Virus record (IMG/VR): IMGVR_UViG_3300029604_000003
DNA: 60,693 nt
Origin: a virus
Strand: one strand, 5' to 3'
The notes under the pieces were generated by a model. That model saw nothing but the letters and a program-made list of their open reading frames with translations. It did no database searches and was not told the origin of the DNA. A program made the position numbers and the translations under genes. Every line of letters starts with the position of its first letter. Positions within the stretch are counted from its first letter, which is position 1. Below are positions 50,333 to 56,672 of this stretch, piece after piece.

Positions 50333-50965
50333 TTAGATAGTCATGTTGTCTACTAATGTAGAAAGTTCGGTTTTCATTGCACGCTTCAATTCAGGGCTTG
50401 CTTTGCTCCAAATATCACGCATAGAGATAATGGCCTTCTCGACATGTTCTTTTCCACGCTCTTCCATTCTCTCTTTGTCTTCTGATGAGCCAGTTTTCGT
50501 GTAATGTTTTCTTGCATCAGACCAAGAATCATACGCAGCTCCATAAGTGCTAACTGGCTTGTTCATCATTTTTGGTTCATTTTGATCCATATAGCCAAAG
50601 CGGAGTTTCATTTGATCTGCAAACTCTGTTGGATCACCGGTGAGATATTGCTGCATGTTGTAGTCCTCACCTTCTAAATACGGCATATATCCGTATCTAG
50701 ATCCGTGCCCAGCTGAAGCGTATCTACCACTAGAGGCATAGCGATTTGGATTGTACCCGTAAGACCCATCTCCCATAGCCTCTACAATCGATTTGTAGTA
50801 CTTTGACTGCATGCAGTAGTTCTCGGCTTCATAAATATCTTTGATCATATCAACGACTTCGCCCATTTCATGAGCATCTACACACTCGATTCCATGAGAA
50901 AGCTGTTCCTTGACTGAATCTACAAGAGTTGCCTTAATAGAACAGAGATCTTTCATCTTTTCCAT
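50333..50965 (-). CDS. Hypothetical late protein with Tyr/Gly/Ser/Arg-rich centre (210 aa)
   Basis: Minus-strand ORF with a GGAGGTGTCGTCAAAATG start context. Its central tract reads GYNPNRYASSGRYASAGHGSRYGYMPY. Confidence 0.55.
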   Translation of the reverse strand: MEKMKDLCSIKATLVDSVKEQLSHGIECVDAHEMGEVVDMIKDIYEAENYCMQSKYYKSIVEAMGDGSYGYNPNRYASSGRYASAGHGSRYGYMPYLEGEDYNMQQYLTGDPTEFADQMKLRFGYMDQNEPKMMNKPVSTYGAAYDSWSDARKHYTKTGSSEDKERMEERGKEHVEKAIISMRDIWSKASPELKRAMKTELSTLVDNMTI

Positions 50966-50980
50966 TTTGACGACACCTCC

Positions 50981-51385
50981 TTAGGCAAGTCTACGGACAA
51001 TAAAAGCACTATTAGCAGCGACAGTTACGTCCGTAGTACCAGTATTAGTCACGGTTATACGATCGTAGTCCCCGCAACAATTCTTGACTAATGTCGAGGT
51101 AGCTACGTTATTAGAAGCATTGGCAGCTCCTGGAGTAGCAACCATAGTTGTCTCTGGCATCGTTGCCCCTCCTAATTGGAAAGCAAGCTGTACAGGAGTG
51201 CCTGCGACAGCGCCAGAGATGTTACCAGCAAAAGAAGCTTCATAAATGCCATTAGCTCTCATTTTGACAGATCCAGTGTTTGCTCTATGACACTCAGCGC
51301 AACCTGTCTTAAGAAGAACTTTGTCAAAGGTAATGGACTGACCAGCAGTTAATACCTGATCAGCAGTATTTGATAATTCAATCAT
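50981..51385 (-). CDS. C1q/TNF-like jelly-roll protein resembling the BclA C-terminal / BxpB exosporium domain (134 aa)
   Basis: The pattern ..GQSITFDKV....G....MRANGIYEASFAGNISG...GTPVQLAFQLGGATMPETTMV....ITVTNTGTTDVTVAANSAFIVRRLA parallels BclA-CTD/BxpB-type sequences as I recall them. Confidence 0.45.
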   Translation of the reverse strand: MIELSNTADQVLTAGQSITFDKVLLKTGCAECHRANTGSVKMRANGIYEASFAGNISGAVAGTPVQLAFQLGGATMPETTMVATPGAANASNNVATSTLVKNCCGDYDRITVTNTGTTDVTVAANSAFIVRRLA

Positions 51386-51449
51386 TTTATAATACCTCCA
51401 TACAAGGGAGAGCCCGTTTCTAGACCCTCCCTAATCATTTTGACGTTAA

Positions 51450-52199
51450 TTAGCAGCAACCGTTATTAGTTGATCCACAGTAGCATCCAAACCCGTAGTT
51501 TGCGTATGGATTTGGAACTGTAAATGCCGGAACAGCAGCTGGACGTAACTGATTAACAAGATACTGGTTCTGAGCACACTGAGATGCTGTAAGCTCCAAC
51601 TTGTTAATAGCAGCCTGCTGGCTAGCAATTGTCTGATCTTTTGCATCCATCTGCATTTTGACCATTTCATCATGCAGAGCACGATAGTTGGCATTATCAT
51701 TGTCGATAATGTCTCTTGTCTGATTGTTAATTGCATTTGTGATGGCACAAGTATTTGTAGCCATATCATACTGAATCTGAGCCTGTCCCTGGCGGTTCTG
51801 ACAGCAGCAATCAGCTAACTGTGTCTGAATAGCATTTGTTGACTGTAAATTTGCGATATTAGAAGCGTTAGCACTGTCACTGATAGCACTCTGAAGAGCG
51901 TTAGTAGACTGCAGCATGCTAGTATTCATAGCATAGAAGCCATCGCAAATTCCACTGTTGATGCCATTAAGCTTATTAAGAATTGACTGGGTATCAAATC
52001 CTCTCTGAAGATCGCCATTAGTTGCACAGCTATCTCCATTTCGTCCCTGGCCACCCCAGCCATTTCCCCATCCGCCGAAGATAGCAAACAGGATGATTAA
52101 CACCCACCATCCGTTTCCATTGCCCCAGCCATCACCATTTCCATCTTTTGTAACAGCAGCGATATCTGAAAGACTTGGCGCACTACCCATATTAAACAT
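51450..52199 (-). CDS. Gly/Trp-rich TM protein with Gln/Asn-rich coiled region and Cys-rich C-terminus (249 aa)
   Basis: GNGDGWGNGNGWWVLIILFAIFGGWGNGWGGQGRNGD is a YjcZ-like Gly-rich tiny-TM pattern. The protein also carries an internal CCCQNRQ and the C-terminal GFGCYCGSTNNGCC. Confidence 0.55.
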   Translation of the reverse strand: MFNMGSAPSLSDIAAVTKDGNGDGWGNGNGWWVLIILFAIFGGWGNGWGGQGRNGDSCATNGDLQRGFDTQSILNKLNGINSGICDGFYAMNTSMLQSTNALQSAISDSANASNIANLQSTNAIQTQLADCCCQNRQGQAQIQYDMATNTCAITNAINNQTRDIIDNDNANYRALHDEMVKMQMDAKDQTIASQQAAINKLELTASQCAQNQYLVNQLRPAAVPAFTVPNPYANYGFGCYCGSTNNGCC

Positions 52200-52212
52200 A
52201 ATTACTTCCTCC

Positions 52213-52425
52213 TTATTTTACATGGAAAAACTGTTCTGCCTGTCGGATAGCATCTTCTTTACTTACCCCCATAGACTTACAAATGTTCTCCGCAATCTCT
52301 TGCCCTTTTTTCTCATCGCCAGATTGAATAACGTTAATCATGCTTTGAGCATTAGGGTTATTAGCAATATTAGGATTCTCCTTTAGAATCTTCATTGCCA
52401 TTTGCTGAATACATTGACTTATCAT
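52213..52425 (-). CDS. Hypothetical small late protein (70 aa)
   Basis: Minus-strand ORF. The ATG at 52425 follows AAGGAGG, and the gene overlaps the upstream gene by 56 nt. Confidence 0.45.
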   Translation of the reverse strand: MISQCIQQMAMKILKENPNIANNPNAQSMINVIQSGDEKKGQEIAENICKSMGVSKEDAIRQAEQFFHVK

Positions 52426-52897
52426 TCTTCTTGTCCTCCTTGAATCGCGACTTATTTTGATGCCCTTGCCGTTTGAGCATATTCTCTATTCTGTCAAGCT
52501 GAGCTTTTAATTCTCCGGTGTTATCACCATTTTGGCACTCTGATTGAGCCTGCTCATTCGAACTTATAGAATAGATAATACTTTGCAGAACGCCATTGCT
52601 ATTCCACTGCTTAGCAATAACCTTCTTGCAATCCTCTGTCATAAACAGACAAATACTGCCATCCATTGGTATTTCTGCAGGCACAATATCCTGTTCTGAA
52701 GTTACAATCCTTCCTCTGATTGGAATAATTGGCCGTTGATTTGCCATTGCGTTTGCCAGATTAGGCTGCCCTACAGTCTGGTTATTCATAACTTGGGGAT
52801 TATGAATAAGTTTTGGTCCTCCATTCCAATTTGGTTGGTCTACAGGACCCATAGGCCGTCGCATTCCTTGGGCGTCGATGTTTGGTGTATAATCCAT
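52370..52897 (-). CDS. Hypothetical late protein (175 aa)
   Basis: Minus-strand ORF with a Pro/Asn/Gln-rich N-terminus followed by IPIRGRIVTSEQDIVPAEIPMDGSICLF. Confidence 0.55.
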   Translation of the reverse strand: MDYTPNIDAQGMRRPMGPVDQPNWNGGPKLIHNPQVMNNQTVGQPNLANAMANQRPIIPIRGRIVTSEQDIVPAEIPMDGSICLFMTEDCKKVIAKQWNSNGVLQSIIYSISSNEQAQSECQNGDNTGELKAQLDRIENMLKRQGHQNKSRFKEDKKNDKSMYSANGNEDSKGES

Positions 52898-52939
52898 AGC
52901 AAAACAGCTCCTTTCCTATTTTGATTTAAAAGTTCTTAT

Positions 52940-52969
52940 CCCTAGACACAAACGAGTAAAAGTCTAGAG
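52940..52969 (-). repeat. Hairpin CTCTAGAC-N14-GTCTAGGG (second copy)
   Basis: Same stem sequence as 49328-49356, in the 152-nt gap between 53050 and 52897. Confidence 0.6.
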
Positions 52970-53049
52970 ATATTATTTAATTTTCTTTTAACGTCACTTG
53001 GACGGTTGAGAATTACTGCAATGACATCACCTCCCAAAACCATTTTGAT

Positions 53050-53403
53050 TTATGTCAAAGACTCGCTAGTAGCCTCCGATTCCGAACTGTCGCCGTCTGT
53101 TGTACTAACTGGGTCATTCTTGTAAGCTCTGATAGTAACGTCATTAGATAATCCGTCATGAATCTCAATGACGTTGTCCAGCTTGAACCCGTCGAATGTA
53201 GTGACATTTCCATTGTCGTCTGTAATCTCCATATGAGAAATATTGTCTGCATTACGAGCAGTAGAAGCGATTCTGTCAAACACTGCTGGGGATTCGTATG
53301 TTGAAGTAATGTTCAGATAAGTTCTACCGGACTGATTCTGAGCATACTCTCTTGTAAATTTTCGAATATCAACTGTCGTTCCATTTCCAAATTTAAGTTT
53401 CAT
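53050..53403 (-). CDS. Hypothetical late protein (117 aa)
   Basis: Minus-strand ORF whose start overlaps the end of the radical SAM gene by 11 nt. It has an acidic Ser-rich tail. Confidence 0.55.
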   Translation of the reverse strand: MKLKFGNGTTVDIRKFTREYAQNQSGRTYLNITSTYESPAVFDRIASTARNADNISHMEITDDNGNVTTFDGFKLDNVIEIHDGLSNDVTIRAYKNDPVSTTDGDSSESEATSESLT

Positions 53404-54730
53404 TTTGATCCTCCTTACTTAATTCTTTAAGCATATCAAGTTCTTCCTCTCCGATAATAGGAATAGCCCATTCATCCGGACAGTATATTTTGAATCTTTG
53501 TTTCCAATGTTTCTTACGATACCACTTATTCCAGAAATATGCATTTGCAAGAGATCTGGTCTTGTGCATATCGCAAATATAAGTACAACGAGAATCCGGT
53601 GTTCCATTTTCCTGATAGTTGTATGCAGAGCACCAACTGCAGCCTTCAGCAATAGGACAATAGAAGCATTCGTCACTAGACTCTGTTCTTCTGTCAATTT
53701 TATTGAGGCACTCAACGCACTGCTTATCGCATTTTCTTTGAGCAATTCCGAAATTGACATGGCCAATTCTAAGAGGCTCTCGGGATGTACCTAGACTGCT
53801 TTCCATATATCTGATGCATGGGTAAAGCCATCCATCGGGGTCCATTGCTAACATGAAGCCAGTTCCTCCGCACCAGTTTTCAAGATCTGTTTCTTCCTTT
53901 GGTTTGAAGAAGTCATTCTCGAATAATGCCATGAAATGGTCATCAGCTAAGTCATTTTCAAGCCAATAATCGGCTAACATTTTGAGCTGCTCATAATAGA
54001 TTTTCGCGTGCTCCAATGTCCATCCTTTTTCATAAACGACATTCGCATTGATATCTTTGTATCCAAGTTCTACCATATGCTTAATCGCCGAGAATAGATG
54101 CTGCACATTACCTGGCGCTATGGTGATCTTAGAGCCCATATAGTATCCCCTTGATATCCAATCACGAGCTCCAGCTACTGCCACATCATAAGACCCAGTA
54201 CCATCTGGAAAGACTCTACAAGCATCATGCAGAGCCTTATTTCCATCGATGGTAATTGAGAAAGAGAGATTATGCCGCCATTTGTTCAGGAACTTCTGAA
54301 CCTTAGGCTCAAAATATAATACACCATTTGAGCAAATCGAAATACAGAATTTTGTTGCCCATGGATGCATCAACTCGATAGCTTTATCATAGAAATACGT
54401 GCAAATCTGATCAATAAGATCCACGCATAAGAAAGGCTCTCCGCCAATAAACTCAATGATAATACCAGGTGATGTAGAGGCGTCGATGTAGTTACCGAGG
54501 CGTTCATCACCGGTAAGAAGCATATCAATAAGTTTCTTTGCATCTTCGAACTTCATTTTTCTCTTGCCTTTGTTTATCTGGTAACAGTAGGTACAGCACA
54601 AGTTACACTCGTCTGTTACTTGAAAAGTCACGGTACGAGATAAAGTTCTTCTGTCAGACGCATTATTTGTAATAATTGTCTCAGGATACAACCTTCCAAT
54701 CATATCCTGAAACTGTTCAAACTTCTTCAT
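53393..54730 (-). CDS. Radical SAM / SPASM-domain maturase (445 aa), anSME/peptide-maturase-like
   Basis: FQVTDECNLCCTYCY carries CxxxCxxC (nt 54584-54607), and GGEP follows. The C-terminal region has auxiliary-cluster cysteines (WCGGTG...YPC...CDKQCVECL...CFYCP..EGCSWC...RCTYICDMHK). Confidence 0.85.
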   Translation of the reverse strand: MKKFEQFQDMIGRLYPETIITNNASDRRTLSRTVTFQVTDECNLCCTYCYQINKGKRKMKFEDAKKLIDMLLTGDERLGNYIDASTSPGIIIEFIGGEPFLCVDLIDQICTYFYDKAIELMHPWATKFCISICSNGVLYFEPKVQKFLNKWRHNLSFSITIDGNKALHDACRVFPDGTGSYDVAVAGARDWISRGYYMGSKITIAPGNVQHLFSAIKHMVELGYKDINANVVYEKGWTLEHAKIYYEQLKMLADYWLENDLADDHFMALFENDFFKPKEETDLENWCGGTGFMLAMDPDGWLYPCIRYMESSLGTSREPLRIGHVNFGIAQRKCDKQCVECLNKIDRRTESSDECFYCPIAEGCSWCSAYNYQENGTPDSRCTYICDMHKTRSLANAYFWNKWYRKKHWKQRFKIYCPDEWAIPIIGEEELDMLKELSKEDQNET

Positions 54731-54734
54731 AGGC

Positions 54735-55064
54735 TTAGCCCTCTAATACGGTAATGTGTACGAGGTGCTCTGAAAAGTCTGTTACTGCCCATCTGAATTT
54801 AACATCTTTTCCTTCATGCTCCAGAACACGAGGCTGTAAAGACTTTTCTAACTCAGCTTTAGCAATGTCGTAGGAACACTCAGCCTCTTCAAGCAGTTTG
54901 TGATAATGCTTGAATGGTACTGAGTCCAGCACTGAAGCATCCGTATCATCTTTCGCCGACTCAAGCATATGAGCTACAACGTCTTTTCTAGTCATAACCT
55001 CGTATGCAAGTCTCTGTAAATAGTCAGCTGTTTCCTTGTTAAGTTCTAATGTAAAGTTTTTCAT
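54735..55064 (-). CDS. Small acidic helical partner protein of the radical SAM system (109 aa)
   Basis: Lies between the Cys-ladder gene and the maturase, with a 4-nt gap to the maturase start. Size and position fit the accessory protein of CXXX-repeat systems (from memory, unverified). Confidence 0.5.
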   Translation of the reverse strand: MKNFTLELNKETADYLQRLAYEVMTRKDVVAHMLESAKDDTDASVLDSVPFKHYHKLLEEAECSYDIAKAELEKSLQPRVLEHEGKDVKFRWAVTDFSEHLVHITVLEG

Positions 55065-55094
55065 ATTAGTTAACTCCTTTTCTTTTAATAGTTT

Positions 55095-56540
55095 TTATGC
55101 TTTGATATTAAAATGTAATTCGCTATAATATGTATTAGCGAATGTCGCTAATGGCTTTCCCTTGTTAATCTTTAGCTTATATGTTGGATAACCTGGAACA
55201 AGATACCAATCATTTTTGCTATCTAATTTTATAGTCGGTTCGTTGGCACTCATTTTGGAAGGGTTAAGCAATGAATCATGTTCATTAATAAATGTTATTG
55301 CTGTGTCGCCCAGATTTGTTTTCTGATTTAAAATTGTTAAACCATCAATATTAAAATTATACTCTGTTCCTTTTCTAGTTACGCTTACAGATTTAGCAGT
55401 TACTAAATCGGTGTCAACTGCATAAGTCCATTCGCCATTAGCAATCAGATCTACTGTTAGGTCCTCACCCCCCCCCGATACTACGGCACCAAATGCTTGA
55501 GCTTGGCAGGTACCTGTACACGTTGCTGAGCAGGTAGTAGCACATGCGTTTTTACATTGTCCACTACAGCCATTACTACATCCGTCGCAATTTCCAGTAC
55601 ATGAGCCGTAACATCCAGAACCACATCCTCCTGAACATCCGGAGCATCCTCCAGAACAATCAGAACAGCCTTGGCATCCAGTTGTGCATGCCGATTCACA
55701 AGATCCTTCGCAGCCTTGGCATCCAGTTGTGCATGCCGATTCACAAGATCCGTCGCAGCCAGCATAGCATCCAGTACAATCTCCTCCGCATCCACTTGAT
55801 CCAGAACATCCTCCACAAGATGAACATGAAGAACACGAACTAGCACAGCCAGTACAACTATAGCATGTGGCACAAGCCGAACCCTTTCCTTTCGATGAAC
55901 ATGAACTAGAACAAGATCCTCCGCATCCAGCGCATCCTGAGCACCCTTCACAAGATCCGTCGCACCCACTGCACCCATTGCAAGATCTCCCACACCCGTC
56001 ACAAGATCCAGAACATCCTCCTTGGCATCCACTGCTACACCCTATGCAACCAGAGCAAGCATTGCATCCTCCACAATTGCCAGAGCATCCTCCGCAGCCA
56101 CTCGAGCCGCTGCCACCAGATCCACCAGATCCGCTACATCCACCAGAACAGCTGCTACATCCGCTGCATGTACTACCGCACGTCCCTACGCATAGTCCAG
56201 AGCATGCACCACGACATGAAGAGCTAGCCCCATCGATTGGCTCTTTAGACAACGAGTCAGTGTAAGATAGTAATTCATTATTGAACGATGATGGGATCTT
56301 AGAGCCCGTCTTAAGATCGGCAGTATTCAAATTACCATGGTCTTTAATGTTCAACAAAGGCTCGACTACTTTTTTACCTTGATCCGCTGTGACTTTAGTT
56401 CCGGATGTAGGAGTTGTGGAGAAGTCGTACGATGCAGATGCAAACCCAGTCATAGAACCATTATATGCTCTACGTTGCATTTCAGTTTTTACCTTGGCTT
56501 TAAGAGTGTTCATTTCTGCCGCGGTAAGAAAATTAGGCAT
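55095..56540 (-). CDS. Fibre-like protein with a ~237-aa Cys-X2-3 ladder between globular N- and C-terminal domains (481-484 aa)
   Basis: Residues 112-348 are almost only C/G/S/T/A with Cys every 3rd-4th residue (62 Cys by my count). The flanking 111-aa and 135-aa domains have ordinary composition. It is the next gene after the 795-aa fibre. The start is ATG 56540 (9 nt after GGAGG) or ATG 56549. Confidence 0.8.
   Translation of the reverse strand: MPNFLTAAEMNTLKAKVKTEMQRRAYNGSMTGFASASYDFSTTPTSGTKVTADQGKKVVEPLLNIKDHGNLNTADLKTGSKIPSSFNNELLSYTDSLSKEPIDGASSSCRGACSGLCVGTCGSTCSGCSSCSGGCSGSGGSGGSGSSGCGGCSGNCGGCNACSGCIGCSSGCQGGCSGSCDGCGRSCNGCSGCDGSCEGCSGCAGCGGSCSSSCSSKGKGSACATCYSCTGCASSCSSCSSCGGCSGSSGCGGDCTGCYAGCDGSCESACTTGCQGCEGSCESACTTGCQGCSDCSGGCSGCSGGCGSGCYGSCTGNCDGCSNGCSGQCKNACATTCSATCTGTCQAQAFGAVVSGGGEDLTVDLIANGEWTYAVDTDLVTAKSVSVTRKGTEYNFNIDGLTILNQKTNLGDTAITFINEHDSLLNPSKMSANEPTIKLDSKNDWYLVPGYPTYKLKINKGKPLATFANTYYSELHFNIKA
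55666..55755 (-). repeat. Tandem 45-bp duplication (44/45 identical) within the Cys-ladder coding region
   Basis: cagccttggcatccagttgtgcatgccgattcacaagatcc(t/g)tcg occurs twice back to back, encoding the duplicated (D/E)GSCESACTTGCQGC unit. Confidence 0.9.
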
Positions 56541-56672
56541 TATCTTCATCCTCCTTTTTAAAAACTTTATTTGATTTTTCCTCCCGGGGATTTTTTATAT
56601 CTCGTTTTTCGTTATCTTTTACAAAATGATCAAATCCCGATAAATACATTATATAATACCCCCCATTTTGAA

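Noticed and set aside
52898-53049. 33-codon ORF (MVLGGDVIAVILNRPSDVKRKLNNISRLLLVCV) in the 152-nt late-region gap
   Set aside because: It has no Shine-Dalgarno sequence, and the ORF runs through the CTCTAGAC/GTCTAGGG hairpin. It is more likely non-coding.
55481-56032. Minus-strand alternative-frame ORFs nested in real genes (55481-56032, 51446-51769, 53419-53766, 53055-53279, 28271-28492, 27992-28264, 18781-19083, 14573-14839, 15056-15322, 2369-2626, 1151-1369)
   Set aside because: These are out-of-frame overlaps inside well-supported genes with no start context. They are typical low-stop-frequency artefacts in repetitive or biased sequence.
13564-56668. Recurrent start context GGAG(G)-N3-6-TCAAAATG at more than a dozen genes (e.g. 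15467, 34924, 35387, 35883, 38129, 39171, 40456, 44840, 47778, 49595, 50965, 53403)
   Set aside because: It most likely reflects a preferred Shine-Dalgarno spacer in an AT-rich genome and shared ancestry of cassettes, not a separate regulatory element. I noted it only as support for start-codon choices.
56550-56672. Possible internal promoter (TATAAT at 56648-56653 on the minus strand) and 38-codon ORF upstream of the Cys-ladder gene
   Set aside because: The TATAAT lacks the TCGCA partner and any recognisable -35. The small ORF has no RBS and overlaps the Cys-ladder start out of frame. An internal promoter for the rSAM block remains possible, but the sequence alone does not support it.
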